64,000 bases of DNA from Eledone cirrhosa (Eukaryota): the NCBI GenBank assembly GCA_964016885.1, contig OZ024759.1:30070001-30134000 (forward strand). The letters run 5' to 3'. The notes below the pieces were generated by a model that made no database searches, was not told where the DNA came from, and saw only the letters and a list, made by a program, of their open reading frames with translations. The position numbers were made by a program, and so were the translations under genes. How positions within the stretch are numbered: position 1 is the first letter of the stretch; each line of letters opens with the position of its first letter. Below, in pieces: positions 14,090 to 28,100 of the stretch.

Positions 14090-14560
14090 TCACTCGCTCT
14101 CTCTCACTCTCTATATGTCTCTCTCTCTCTCTCTCACTCTCTATGTCTGTCTGTCTTTCTCTCTCTCTCTATCACACTCTCTATCTCTCACTCTCTATAT
14201 GTCTCACTCTCTATGTCTATCTGTCTTTCTCTCTCTCTCTATCACACTCTCTATGTCTCTCTCTCTCTCTCTCTCTCACTCTCTATACCCCCTCTCTCTC
14301 TCTCACTCTCTATGCCTCCCTCTCACTCTCCATGTCTCTCTCTCTCGCTCTTACTCTCTCTCACTCTATCACACTCTCTATGTCTCTCTGTCTCTCACTC
14401 TCTCTCTCTCTCACTCTCTATGTCTCCCCCTCACTACTCTCTATGCCTCTCTCTCACTCTTTATGTCTCTCTCTCTCTATGTCACTTTCTATGTCTCTCT
14501 CTTTCACTCTCTATGTCTCTATCTCTCACTCTCTATGCCATTCTCTCACTCTCTCTCTCT
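14090..14560. repeat. Compound (CT)n / CTCTATGT low-complexity repeat
   Basis: Read directly. Confidence 0.85.
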
Positions 14561-14984
14561 ATATATATATGTATATATTGGTTCACAGTTGTCCGATAAA
14601 AAAAAAAAAAAAAGAAATCCAGCCAACTTGTGATTTTGTAGTTTTCGTTTTTGTTTTCCCCCTCTTCACTTTAACTATTATTACAGCGCAAAAACTTTAT
14701 TAAAATCGATGATACATAATTTCATAGTAACACAGAGCGAAATAAATAACATACTTGTATATATATAATCAAATAACATGCGAAGTTGTTTCAGTCATTA
14801 AACTACAGAGAGGTTGGGGCACCGCCTTAAAAGGGCAAATTTCACCTCGTTGTGTTTTGAACTAAGAAGTACATTGAGCCAGAGTAAACACAGCAAAGCA
14901 TTCTATCAAACGTTTTAATAAGTCATATACGTCCTCACCTTTTCCATTCTTCTTATTCCCATCTTCTTCGCTCACTTATTCCTG

Positions 14985-15220
14985 GGAGGGGCGTGGGGGA
15001 GCAGAGTTCCCAAACACTCCTTCCAGTATATCCTGTCAGAAGCAAGCGTTTCCAATTGATCCGGCTGGATACTCAAGTGAAACCAACCGAGCTCCTAGCT
15101 GTTAACAAGATGTCACCTTGTTCGGTGTCTACCTCTGGATGTACTACTGGTTGGTTTTGCCTGTAAAATCTGTCCAGCGATTCTTTTCCATGAGACATTC
15201 TAACCATATGCCCATACATT
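14985..15220 (-). mobile_element. Decayed RTE-clade LINE 3' fragment
   Basis: Minus strand reads YGHMVRMS..GRHRTR, like the RTE C-terminal W.GH..RM..GRP..RW motif. Confidence 0.5.
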
Positions 15221-15429
15221 ATTTTAAACTCTAAAGTCAACTCCAGTTAAAAAAGAATCAAGTGGATTGAAACTTTATTAGAGAGAATATGGGGCTAGTA
15301 AAATCAAACTTCTAGTCCTTGGTGATATGGCACTGCTAATATGTTATTACAGCCACCAGTGACAACTGAATATGACTTGCTAGTATGTACTCTGCTTTCA
15401 CTGAAACGTTCAGGTGCCCTGAGAATTTC

Positions 15430-15927
15430 ATAGGCTGACCAAGATACTCTCATGGAATGACTAAATCAGGTATATTTTTCAACATGGTCCCAAGAAGGAA
15501 ACAATGCAGTTATTAATAAGAGTTGAAAATAATGCATACAAGATTTCACAGCCCTAGCATCACTGCTTCATAGTAAGTCTATGACCAAGATACTCTCATG
15601 GAAGGACCAAATGAGGTTTATTTTTCAACATAGTTCCAAGAAGGAAACAATGCAGTTATTAATAAGAAGAGTTGAAAATAATGGTTTCTTATATAGGCAC
15701 AAGGCCAGCAATTTTGGGGGAGGGGAAAGTTGATTAAATCGACCCCTGTGGGTGACTGGTACTTTACTTTATCGACCCCGTAAGTATGAAAGGCAAAGTT
15801 AACCTCAGTGGGATTTGACCTCAGATCATAAAGGGCATGGTGTCCAACTCTCTACCGATACTACCAATGAAAATAATGCATGCAAGATTTCACAGCGCTA
15901 GAATCACTGCTTCATAGTCAGCATATG
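15430..15927 (+). repeat. Two tandem copies of an approximately 150-bp unit, the second interrupted by a SINE
   Basis: GACCAAGATACTCTCATGGAA..AAGATTTCACAGC.CTAG.ATCACTGCTTCATAGT at about 15437-15573 and 15583-15918. Inverted copy at about 16593-16742. Confidence 0.75.
15684..15867 (-). mobile_element. SINE family A (long subfamily)
   Basis: Carries the extra GGGGTCGATTTAATCAACTTTCCCCTCCCCC segment. TSD TGAAAATAATG at 15673-15683 and 15868-15878. Confidence 0.8.
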
Positions 15928-16824
15928 AACATTTCAGCCGCCCCTCGTACTGACACAAGTATTATAAATAAACCTGGAGTTTTTTAGGTTTCAATTTAGA
16001 CTGAATGCAATTCATTTACCTTTAACTTCTCTGGTAGTTCATTCATCAATCACAATTGAATTTACACACCTAAACATTGATATAACATAAATGTAATATA
16101 TTACTTTACTTTTATATGATTCGTTATATTCACCAATGTAATAAAAATAACTGTTATTTCTTTTTATGTTGACAGAATTTCATTTTTCATGTTATAAATG
16201 AAATGGTAAATTTCCTTCTCTTGACAGGTTGAGCAAAGTTTAAACATAAATGTCGATAGAAAGATACATATTTCATACAATTCTAACCCAGTTTCTCAAC
16301 ATGACATCTTCTATTATCCTCGATCAGTTTAAAACTCTCAGTTAACTCTGTTAAGACCAGGATATATTTTATAGAGCATTTGGTGGTCTTTGGAAGCTGT
16401 GAAAACTGATGTAACTAGGCTAGACAATGAAAAATGTGAAAATAGAAAGAGGGGACTAGTAGCAAAAGTGTCTGTATGCTACCATAACAATATTCATTAC
16501 TTCCGATATATTTCGGAAAGCGGATCCATTTTCAATGAGGATAAGGAACGTCAGAGAGTGGTGATATAAAAAGATTAATTGATAAGTTCATGGCTGACTA
16601 AGAAGGGGTGATGCTAGAGCTGTGAAATCTTGCATCCATTAATTTCAGCCCTTCTTATTAATAAATGCATTGTTTCTTTCCAGGGACTATGTTGAAATAT
16701 AAACCTCATTTGGTCACGCCATGAGAGTATCTTGGTCAGTCTATGAACCTTTCAGCCGACCCTTGTACCTACATTTACATTGTTGTGGCTTCCAAAATGA
16801 AGAAGAGGAAGAGGAACTGGAAGG

Positions 16825-17350
16825 GCAACAACAACAATAACGTTAGAAAAATTATCATCATCATCATCATCAAGAACAATGACCACATCAGTAACAGCAT
16901 CAGCAACAGCAACAACAACAACAGTAACAACAACAACAAAAACATCAGCAACATCAACAACAACAGTAACAACAACAACAGCAACATCAACACCACCAAT
17001 AGCAACAACAGCATTAACATCATCATCGTTAACAACAATAGCAACATTAACAACAACACCATCACCTACAACAACAACATCACCTATAACAACAACAACA
17101 TCACCTACAACAACAACAACAACATCAACAACAACATCACCTTCAACAACAACAACATCACATTCAACAACAACATCACATTAAACAACAACATCACCTA
17201 CAACAACAACAACAACACCTTCAACAAGAACAACATCACCTACAATAACAACAACAACATCACCTTCAACAACAACAACATCACCTACAACAACAACAAC
17301 ATCACCTACAACAACAACAACAACAACAATACCTTCAACAAGAAAAACAA
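16825..17350. repeat. (AAC)n microsatellite with periodic ATCACCT(A/T)C units
   Basis: Read directly. Confidence 0.9.
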
Positions 17351-17940
17351 TGGCTTTAATAATTGATATATTACATTTTGAATACCTGAAAAGGTTTATC
17401 GATATTAGTTAGTTTTATTTTATATTATTTATATTATTTATTTTATTTATATTATTTATATAATCATCTATTATCTCTCTACATGTTTGTTTGTATCTAT
17501 ATGTTTGTAATTTGAACACGAAATTTTACGATATAAAATAATATATGAGAGAATTATGAGGCAGTCAAACGAAATATTTAGGTTATATGAATAAATAATA
17601 ACGATGCCATATTGAATAATTTAAAGGCAAGATTATTCAGGAGGCATAACGGAAGTTGAAGAATGCAAAACAACGAAAATATATAAAATATGAACTAAAC
17701 GTAAGGAAATGGCGGCCATTGCTTGAGGCGTGAAACGAAAGGAAAATATAGTGATTCCCATAAATAAGAAATAGAGAGTTCAATAAAATAAAATATATAG
17801 TGATCAAAAATATAAAATGTATAGAAATCAATGAGATAAAATCAAAAAAGATGGAAATAAAAATTCATTATTTCTTTAAATACAATAAGGATTTCTGTTT
17901 TCTTTTCTTTAAATATTTCTCGGTTATTCATCATAACTTT

Positions 17941-18063
<123 letters not shown>

Positions 18064-18546
18064 TGAATGTATGTATAGTATATTTGGTAATGTTTAATTA
18101 TTTGGTATGTTTAATTAAAAACATTTAGAAGACCATTCGCTATCAGTTTTAAAGTTGTGACTATGTGACTTACTTATTTTCGGCAAAGGCTGTGAGAGAG
18201 GCTGACAATCTGTTTCTCGCTGTTTGGCGTTTATCAAAACCGCGCACTTCCCTGTCTTTGCCGAAAATTATAGAAGCTGGATTCTTATAGAATTCCAGTA
18301 ATAATAAGGAGCTGATTACACTGAACGATTGCCGGTCCAGCAAAAATTATGTATTAGTATTGGTGCTCTGAAATAGCGATGTATATATGAATGTATGTAT
18401 AGTATATTTGGCAATATATATATATATAATTTATGTTTTTGTTGGGATTTCCCGTTTCCATGTGGCAATCCGCACAAAAAACATAATATTTTTCCGCTCA
18501 GTTGCATGTAAGACTGCCTCGGAAACGTAACCTTTTACGCAATTTT

Positions 18547-18580
18547 GCCGTCTGATGAGTTCACGAAACTGGTTAAATGA
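18547..18580 (+). ncRNA. Possible minimal hammerhead
   Basis: CTGATGA-GT tc AC-GAAA-CTGG-TT. Core intact but stem II is only 2 bp and helix I is poor. Confidence 0.35.
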
Positions 18581-18757
18581 TCAAGTGACCATGATTGTCA
18601 TTGAAATATGTATCACAGCTGTAATAAAAGACTCTTTAACATATAAAACTTCACATTTTCCTCATTCGAATTACACTCTGACATTCTTATTTTGAAGAAG
18701 TAACATGACGTAGAGTGCTTGAACTGAATTGAATCTATATCTATCGTATGTATGTAA

Positions 18758-18808
<51 letters not shown>

Positions 18809-19799
18809 TAATGTACATTTAATGTATATATATGTATGTATATATGTATTATATATGTTTGTATGTATGTATATATATATTATATATATATATACATTAG
18901 ATATACATTATATATATATATATACATATATATATATACATTAAATATATATTATATATAATGTTTATATATATATACATATATATATATAATGTATATT
19001 TAATACACACACACATATATATATATATATATTTATTTCTGATATATATGTGTAGGTATGTATATTCCCTCTGATAGTTTGTAAACATTTTACATAGATC
19101 TATATGATATACATACCAACACACACATATATATACTAGAAACTATCGTAAAATGATGAATTTTTTAATATAAGGAACTGTTTCTTTGTTTTTATTCATT
19201 ATTTTTATTAATATATATATATATATACATATATAATGTATATTTAATGTATGTATGTGTAAATATATATTTGTGGTTGTTTAATAATTCTCAGATAGAA
19301 GGCATCCTATATTTTTGCCAATCTAATCAGTAAGAGAATATATGAAACAACCTTTTACAACATACTTTTACCTTTTAGCAAGAATTACTGCAATGTCCAC
19401 CTCATACACACACACACACACATACACATATATATATACATACATATATATATATTAAAACATACATACATACTTATATTACATACATACATACATACTT
19501 ATATTACATACATACATACATTACATACATATATATATAATTGTCAGCAATGTAATTAAAGCCCTTATTGTGTAGCAAACCGTGTCACTCTTCTTTCTTA
19601 ATTTATCATTAATCCAAGTGTAAACTACATGGAAATCACCGCGTACTCGCAGCATCACTATGGAAACGCCTTGTTGAGTCAAACTTAGCCAAGCGTTGAT
19701 ACCATCCACTACTCTGAGTACCCTAACTGGACTACATCTAAGTGGACTACCTATAACAATAATTTGTTATCCTGTATATATATATACTCTTACTTCTCC

Positions 19800-19863
19800 C
19801 ACGATCACCACTACTGCTACTAACACCACCACCACTACAAATAATACTACTACTACCACTACC

Positions 19864-19935
<72 letters not shown>

Positions 19936-20010
19936 CACCCTCAACACCACCACCACCACCACTACTACTACTACTAACACTACTACCATGACCACTACTG
20001 CTACTACCAC
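19800..20010. repeat. (ACT)n/(ACC)n microsatellite
   Basis: Read directly. Confidence 0.9.
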
Positions 20011-20844
20011 TATTCCTTGTTGTGTTAGTGCCACCATTTTAATATTTTGATATTTTAGTTTTCCACGACGCTATTTACTTTCTTTCATTCTCTTTGATTC
20101 AATTTCAAAGAAATTTCTAACGAGGCACTAATCAAGCTGAAATTTTGAATAGCTTTCTTCTTTGAGATATATTTACACGTAAACAAATTTTTTCTATTTC
20201 CATCCAGTAATTAACGTACTGAACTTATGCCAAAAATTAAACCGCCATGAAAACAAATTGCATTCTTTATCTTTTGATAAATTATCTTATAACCTTGCAT
20301 TGGAAATAAGTAGAAAAACGAGTCGCTTCATTACTCAAACCTTGTCTCCTATAAATACTCGATATTGATTCTGTTTCCACTGGATTCATTTGCCCTGTTT
20401 TTCAAGGAGAATCGTGTTATGGCGTGTGTGGCGAGAATCTAACGTAATTCGGCAACATTGTTTAATTCAGTTTTGAGTTTTGTTTCTGTTATTTTTTCTT
20501 GATAACTAAACCAAAACGTACAAGAGATAATACGAAATCTATACAGTATACAAATTTCAGCGACTTCCGTCCGTCATATAATATGAGCGTGTGGGTTTGT
20601 TTGAATGTATGTGTGTGTAAAATGCTTGAAGATTCATGCACACTTAACGACCTTGAAACCATATCACCCCAGGCAAAGCCATGTGTGCACTGGATGGATG
20701 TAGTGTAGCGACTCGATAGAAGGTGGTTAAATTCAAACATATTTATATATAAATTCGAGCGACTTCCGTCCGTCCACCCGTCCGTCACACAATATGCGTG
20801 TGTGTGTGTGAGGGGGGTGGGGGTGAATGTGTGTGAATGGAAGT

Positions 20845-20990
20845 GAAGGCGCATGGCTTAGTGATTAGAGCATTGGGCTTGCAATCGAAAGGTTGTGAGT
20901 TCAATTCTCGGACAGGGTGATGTGTTGTTTCCTTGAACAAGACACTTTATTTCACCTTGCTCCAGTTTGCTCAGCTGTAGAAATGAGATG
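20845..20990 (+). mobile_element. tRNA-derived CORE-SINE
   Basis: A box TGGCTTAGTGATTAG, B box GAGTTCAATTC, CORE-like TCCTTGAACAAGACACTT..CTCAGCTGTAGAAATG. Confidence 0.7.
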
Positions 20991-21222
20991 ATAGGACTGG
21001 AGTCCAAGACACCTCCAACGAGATATACCTTGGAGGAGGCCAGCTAAACTTGCATAGGTGTGGGCTGTCACACACAAATGGAAGGAAGGGGATGATGAAA
21101 AGAACTATAGCAAAACAGCGGCATACATGTATGTATATGCACATACACACGCACGCATTTATACAGCGTGTTGAAAAAAATCCTAGTAAGTGTTCAACTT
21201 AAACAAAACAATACAGGTGTTC

Positions 21223-21720
21223 ACCATAGCTTATCTATGCTTATCTATCATAGCATATCTATTATGGTCTATCCATAGCTTATCTATCATAGCATATCTA
21301 TTATGGTTTATCCATATCTTATCTATCATAGCATATCTATTATGGTTTATCCATAGCTTATCTATCATAACATATCTATTATGGTTTATCCATATCTTAT
21401 CTATCATAGCATATCTATTATGGTTTATCCATAGCTTATCTATCATAGCATATCTATTATGGTTTATCCATAGCTTATCTATCATAACATATCTATTATG
21501 GTTTATCCATAGCTTATCTATCATAACTTATCTATTATGGTTTATCCATAGCTTATCTATTATGGTTTATCCATAGCTTATCTATTATGGTTTATCCATA
21601 ACTTATCTATGCTTATCTATCATAGCATATCTATTATGGTTTATCCATAGCTTATCTATCATAACTTATCTATTATGGTTTATCCATAACTTATCTATGC
21701 TTATCTATCATAGCTTATCT
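21223..21720. repeat. 39-bp minisatellite built from 14-bp CATAGC(T/A)TATCTAT subunits
   Basis: Unit CCATAGCTTATCTATCATAGCATATCTATTATGGTTTAT, 13-aa periodicity in the spurious ORF. Confidence 0.9.
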
Positions 21721-21863
21721 TATTCGCTGCAAGAGACTTTCCACAAAACAAGCTGACCAAGTCTCCAGATATGTGCTTCGGAGAGGCAAACAGTTGGTCA
21801 ATCAGTCACAGGTGTTAAATACCATGGATAGATATAGAGACATTATTTTTATGTCATTGTATT

Positions 21864-22171
21864 CAGGGTTGGATTTAGAACTTTGGTTGGAGCAGGGCAG
21901 AGCATTTCAGGTTTGGGGAGGGGAAGCTTATACATAAAAAAATTAGAATAAACAGCAAAAACCCAATTTTTTCATATCAAAGTTAGCTCAGCGCAAGTAA
22001 TTGAAAATAAAAAGTTATACATATAGGTATTAAATTCAAAGATTCTAACCATCCTAAAACTAAAAGGCTCGGCTGAGGGCACAAATTTGCTACGGTTGTC
22101 GCTGGAGGTGCTCCCCACTGCAGGGGGACTGGGGCAATTGCTCCCTTTATCCCTTATTAAATCCGACTCTG
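21864..22171. mobile_element. hAT-like MITE
   Basis: TIRs CAGGGTTGGATTTA / TAAATCCGACTCTG. Degenerate 8-bp flanks ATTGTATT / CCTGTATC. Confidence 0.55.
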
Positions 22172-22424
22172 CCTGTATCTATTCCATGCTTGCATGGATT
22201 AGACGAATTTCGGAGCTTTCCTTGGCGTCAAGCTAGTTAGCGTTTCCCTGGATAGGACGCCAATGCGACTCAGTATTTGAATGTATTGCAATTACAGGGT
22301 ATACAACTACTTCTCATTCGACTGCACATCTTGAAAATATTTTCATTTATTTCCTAATTAGGAAATAAAGTTGTTTTCAATGAGAGAATTGACTATCTGT
22401 CTCTCTATTGGCAGTATCGATAGT

Positions 22425-22600
22425 TTGGCAGTATCGGTAGAGCGCCAGACACCATGCTTTGCAGCATAGTTATGGCCCTTTGCGTTCTGAGTTCAAATCC
22501 GTCGAGGTTAACTTTGCCTTTCATCCTTACGAGGTCGATATAATAAAGTACCAGTGATGCACTGGGATAATCGCTGGCCTTGTGCCAAAAAGTAGAAACT
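22425..22600 (+). mobile_element. SINE family A
   Basis: Same A/B boxes and body. Confidence 0.85.
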
Positions 22601-22752
22601 TTATTTATGTATCTATCTATGTACGTATGACTGGCTGGTCCCGTAACTCTTGCGGAAGTCGTAGGCGCGACGGAGTGACATATGGCGTATCGTGGGCATT
22701 AATTAAAACATGGCAGCGCCCATCTCTTCTCCAGTTCTGAATATAGCAGATT

Positions 22753-23291
22753 GCGCCCAGAGAAGGTTAGAGAGTGAGAGAGGCGCCCAGAGAAGGTTAG
22801 AGAGTGAGAGAGGCGTCCAGAGAAGGTTAGAGAGTGAGAGAGGCGTCCAGAGAAGGTTAGAGAGTGAGAGAGGCGTCCAGAGAAGGTTAGAGAGTGAGAG
22901 AGGCGTCCAGAGAAGGTTAGAGAGTGAGAGAGGCGCCCAGAGAAGGTTAGAGAGTGAGAGAGGCGTCCAGAGAAGGTTAGAGAGTGAGAGAGCCGCCCAG
23001 AGAAGGTTAGAGAGTGAGAGAGGCGTCCAGAGAAGGTTAGAGAGTGAGAGAGGCGTCCAGAGAAGGTTAGAGAGTGAGAGAGGCGCCCAGAGAAGGTTAG
23101 AGAGTGAGAGAGGCGTCCAGAGAAGGTTAGAGAGTGAGAGAGGCGTCCAGAGAAGGTTAGAGAGTGAGAGAGGCGCCCAGAGAAGGTTAGAGAGTGAGAG
23201 AGGCGTCCAGAGAAGGTTAGAGAGTGAGAGAGGCGTCCAGAGAAGGTTAGAGAGTGAGAGAGGCGTCCAGAGAAGGTTAGAGAGTGAGAGA
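22753..23291. repeat. 30-bp minisatellite, about 18 copies
   Basis: AGGCG(T/C)CCAGAGAAGGTTAGAGAGTGAGAG, near-perfect. Confidence 0.95.
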
Positions 23292-23828
23292 GAAGTGTTA
23301 ATGTTATTAAATGATAAAAAGAGAAAGAAGGAAAGAATGGGGAAACGTAGGAGAATAAGGATGAATGAAAACATTTAAATCGAATTGTCGGCTATATTGT
23401 AGTCACGGCTCAAATCAACTTAATACTTATATCTCAATACGGTCCCGTAAAACCTGATAGAATCGTAGGGGCGGCGTATTGACGTACAGCGTTTCTTGGG
23501 CATTTTAAGCCTGGCGGAGCCCATCTCATCTCCAGGTCTGAGTACAGCAGATTTCTTCCAGAGACAGATAGAAGGCGAGAGTAACGAAATGAGAAAGAGA
23601 TACAGAGAAAGAATCGACGCTCCATCATCCGATTATGATACAATACAAGGCGATTTCATCAGGTGTTACTTACAGAATTATGTGACAGAATTACGTTGAA
23701 CCCAAACATAGAATGTAAGATATGAGATGGAGAAAAAAGTAGTTGATAGAAAATAGAAAATGCGATTCGGGGATAGCCTGAGAATATGGTATTATATCGA
23801 TATAATATGTTATTTTAGTAAATAAATA

Positions 23829-23949
<121 letters not shown>

Positions 23950-24179
23950 AATATATATATACATATATATATATACATATACATATATATATACATATAT
24001 ACATATAAATATATATATATACATATATATAAATATATATACATATATATAAATATATATACATATATATAAATATATATACATATATATAAATATATAT
24101 ATATATATATAACTATATATATATATATAGCAGACCTGTGCGCGGCATATATATTTTCTCTGACTACTTAATGTGTGCG

Positions 24180-24215
<36 letters not shown>

Positions 24216-24261
24216 TTAAGTATAATGTATGTGTGTCTCTGTGTGGACGAGTGTAGGGCGT

Positions 24262-24352
<91 letters not shown>

Positions 24353-24595
24353 TGGGAAGAAATATAATTCTTCTGCAACATTTTTTAAAATAAAATTTCT
24401 AGTTTTTGTCCGTTGCATAGTTGGACATTTGTCAAAATAATATTTGAATAAAAGCCAGGTAGTAAATAATTGAAGGAAAATATATAAAACTCACAAACAT
24501 TAATAAATGATAATAACGCTTATTTATCTTAAACCTGGATTGTTTGAAACCACGACACTAACGTTTTCTTTTATTATGGCATGGTAAGGTATGGT

Positions 24596-24880
24596 ACGGC
24601 GGTGTATTAGCAGTCGTTAGAGCGTATGATGTAGTTAGATTCTTTGCGGTATTCGTTCCGGTTCTCAGCCCGCTAAATTCAAATCCCGCCGAGGTCAACT
24701 TTGCCTTTCATCCTTTCGGGGGTTGACAAAAAAAAAGTACCAGTTAAGTACTGACGTTGATTCTTCCTCTATATCTCTTTCTCGCTTCCTCTCTATCACT
24801 GTAGTTTAGTGAGGTCAACTTTGCTTTTATCCATTCGTGGTCCATAAAAATAAGTACCAGTTAAGTACTGGGTAGATTCT
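24596..24880 (+). mobile_element. Older SINE A-related copy plus a partial tandem duplicate
   Basis: TTCAAATCCCGCCGAGGTCAACTTTGCCTTTCATCC..GTACCAGTTAAGTACTG, with the 3' part repeated at about 24810-24880. Confidence 0.7.
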
Positions 24881-24954
24881 TCCTCTATATCTCACTCTCT
24901 GTATTGTCCTTCTCTGGAAGAAATCTACTGTAGTCAGGCGTGGAGAAGGGATGG

Positions 24955-25140
24955 ACTCCGACAGGTTTAAAAATAAAAATGTCCTAGAAATGCCGTATGC
25001 AAATACGGCACCCCTACGACTGTATGAGGAGTTACGGCACCATACCCTACCATGGTATGGTACCGTATCTTCTGAGGGAGTTGTAGGAACGCCGTACTGA
25101 CATACAGCGTTTCTTGGGCATTGTTATGCCTGGCGAGAGA
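24955..25140. mobile_element. Fold-back MITE-like repeat (single arms at about 22655-22700, 23460-23525, 26780-26880)
   Basis: Arms AATGTCCTAGAAATGCCGTATG..CCCTACGAC / GTTGTAGG..CATACAGCGTTTCTTGGGCATT. Confidence 0.5.
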
Positions 25141-25330
25141 GCGGTGGATTGGCAGAATCGGTAGAGCATGGACAAAATTATTTTGCAGTATTTAGTTATG
25201 GTCTTTTACGATCTGATTTCAAATCTCGCCGAGTGTAGCTTTACCTTTCATCCTTACGGGGTCGATAAAATAAAGTACCAGTAATGAACTGAGGTCGATT
25301 TAGTCGACTTCCACTTCCCTTCAAATTGCA
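25140..25330 (+). mobile_element. SINE family A (long, diverged)
   Basis: TTGGCAGAATCGGTAGAG..CCTTTCATCCTTACGGGGTCGATAAAATAAAGTACCAG. Confidence 0.75.
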
Positions 25331-25454
25331 CAGATAGACAAAGCGGGATAGAACCAGTGTGAATCTAAGACCATTTCTCAACAGAGTTCTCGATATTTGG
25401 AGTAGTAGATTATGGCTATGTTGTAAAGGGTCCCACCCGACTCTTTATAAGATA

Positions 25455-25984
25455 TACAGATAGATAGATAGAAAGATAAAGAGGAGAGAGAGAGAGAGGG
25501 GGGGGGGCAGAGAGATAGTGAGAGGAAGATAGATAGAGGATCGGGACATTCTTTTCTAGAAAACTATAACATTTTCCTATCGTCTTTTGGTAAAGAGAGG
25601 ATAGGGAGAGAGAGATGGAGATGTGGAGACAGAGAGAGAGAGGAGAGAGAAAGAGAAAGGGAAGGAGATAGGTAGAGGGAGAGTGAGAGAAAGAGAAAGG
25701 GAAGGAGATAGGTAGAGGGAGAGAGAGAGAAAGAGAAAGGGAAGGAGATAGGTAGAGGGGAGAGTGAGAGAAAGAGAAAGGGAAGGAGATAGGTAGAGGG
25801 AGAGAGAGAGAGAGGGTGATATGGAGAGACAGAGAGGGAGAGGAGGGAGTGAGGGGAGATGGATAAGAGGGTGAGACAGGAGAGAGAGGAGAGGGACATT
25901 TCTTTCTAGAAAACTATAAACATTTTCCTGTTGTCTTTTGGTAAAAAGTGATAGGGAAAGAGAGATGGTGAGATAGAGAGACAG

Positions 25985-26015
<31 letters not shown>

Positions 26016-26180
26016 AGAGAGAGAGGAGAGAGAGAAGAGAAGAGAGAGAGGAGAGAGAGGAGAGAGAGGAGAGAGAGGAGAGAGAGAGAGGAGAGAGAGG
26101 AGAGAGAGGAGAGAGAGGAGAGGGAGCGGAGGCTTTCTTTTCCAGAAAACGATAGAATTTCCCAGTTCTCTTCTGGTAAA
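25455..26180. repeat. Purine-rich (GA) compound repeat with 40-bp units and a recurring about 50-bp spacer
   Basis: AGAGAAAGAGAAAGGGAAGGAGATAGGTAGAGGG x4. GGACATT..TTTCTAGAAAACTATAA.CATTTTCCT..GTCTTTTGGTAAA at about 25543 and 25894, degenerate at about 26135. Confidence 0.8.
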
Positions 26181-26269
26181 CAAGAATTCATTTAACATCG
26201 AGTTTCGTGACGACTTTAATGAAATTCTTGCGCTAAACTTTTTCAGAACAATACAATTTGTAGACCAAC

Positions 26270-26612
26270 AGTTGTTATTGTTGTTGTTGTTGCTAATGCC
26301 GTTGTGTTGTTGGTGTTGTTGTCATTATTATTATTATTGTTTTTCACTTTTATTGGTGTTGTTGTTGTTGTTATTGTCGGTGTGTTATTAGTGATGGTGT
26401 CGTCGTTGTTGTTGTTATTGGGGCTGCTGTTGTTGTTCTTATTGGTGTTGTGGTTGTTGTTGTTATTGGGGCTGCTGTTGTTGTTCTTATTGCCGTTATT
26501 ATTGGTGTTGTTGTTGTGGTTGTTGTTGTTGTTATTATTATTGTTTTGCACTTTTATTGGTGTTGTTGTTGTTGTTATTGTCGGTGTGTTATTGATGTTG
26601 GAGTCATTGTTG
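26270..26612. repeat. (TTG)n compound microsatellite
   Basis: Read directly. Confidence 0.85.
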
Positions 26613-26704
26613 TTGACTCTTTTCCCATTACCCACTCTGCTACCCTTAATATTGAGTACTCTGGTACGTTATGGTCCACCTGGTATCTTACTACACCCTC
26701 TTTG

Positions 26705-26742
<38 letters not shown>

Positions 26743-27154
26743 ATCACCGGACGAAGTAAACTGTGTTTAGACCTGGAAAAGTAATGGGCTCCGCCAGAGG
26801 TTTAAAATGCCCAAGACAGTCCGTATGTTGCGAGGGCGTCCCTACCAACCGACCCCATCAACAGTTAAGGTACCATAAAAAATGGAACTACCGTTTCATG
26901 TTTTCTATTACCATTTTATTTTGCCAAAATGCTGAAGTAATTAATGTGTTTCAAAGAAAAGAACCGAATGTAAAAAAAATGACTTAAAATTTAACCCTTT
27001 TTCTCTCTGCTGCGTCAGTAAAATGAAGAATCGTTTCTGTATTTTTTAAAAGCAACTATTTCATCTCGATATTGTTTGGTTTGATTCTAAAGATTTATAC
27101 TTCAGATCGAAGTGTTTTAAAAAGAAAAAGTTATTTTTTCAGATAGTTTGTACA

Positions 27155-27313
27155 TGGCTGCGTGGTTAAGGAGCTTCTTTTGTAACTACCTGCTGAAGAG
27201 TTGAGTAGTTTTTCACAAAACCTTGGACAAGTTGCTTCTAATATAGTTCCAAGTTGATCAATGCCTTGTGAATGGAATTTGCTAGACGGAAACTCCAGAC
27301 AACAGCCGCCGTA
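27155..27313 (+). mobile_element. Diverged tRNA-derived SINE (family B), followed by (CA)n
   Basis: TGGCTGCGTGGTTAAGGAGCTT..CCTTGGACAAG..GCCTTGTGAATGGAATTTGCTAGACGGAAAC. Related fragment at about 41630-41695. Confidence 0.55.
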
Positions 27314-27396
27314 TATACACACATATATAGGCACACAAATATGATTCCCTGTGTGTATGCGCGCACGCACACACACGCACACACACACGCACACAC

Positions 27397-27517
<121 letters not shown>

Positions 27518-27844
27518 AATAAATGTACGAGTAAAGTTTGTTTGTATAGATAAGTGTACAAACAAAAATAAAATAAGTAAGATTGCTTACCAAAGTATTT
27601 TTCTCAACATGGTCCTTGTAGATGACAGTAACAGTCCAATAAGAGGGGTCAGATTATAGTATCCAATAAGAGCTATCTGATTATAGTATCCAATAAGAGC
27701 TATCTGATTATAGTATCCAGGGGGAAGATCATGGAGTAATAATATTTTTAAATGTATAGGAATAACAAATACTAGGCACTGTTCTGTACTTCACGCCAAG
27801 TATTTGTTTTTCCTATAGATTTAACACACACACACATATATATG

Positions 27845-27899
<55 letters not shown>

Positions 27900-27901
<2 letters not shown>

Positions 27902-28100
27902 CGAAGGAAATGTGGTAAGGAACCAGGCGGACCATAACGCACCAAAGTACTCAATACTTAGGGTAGTAGAGTGGGTAATAGGAACGAGTAGGACCCCGAC
28001 GGCTGAGCTCAAGCCGTTTCGACGGCTAATTCTGGACTAAATTTAGTCCAGAATTAGCCGTCGAAACGGCTTCAGCTCAGCCGTCGGGGTCCTACTCGTT

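Noticed and set aside
16743-17366. Asn-rich 207-aa ORF (NNNITY) and Thr-rich alternative frame
   Set aside because: (AAC)n-derived repeat open in several frames. No splice or domain evidence.
21223-23291. 39-bp and 30-bp arrays as CRISPR arrays or repeat proteins
   Set aside because: No unique spacers, no cas genes, eukaryotic context. Plain minisatellites.
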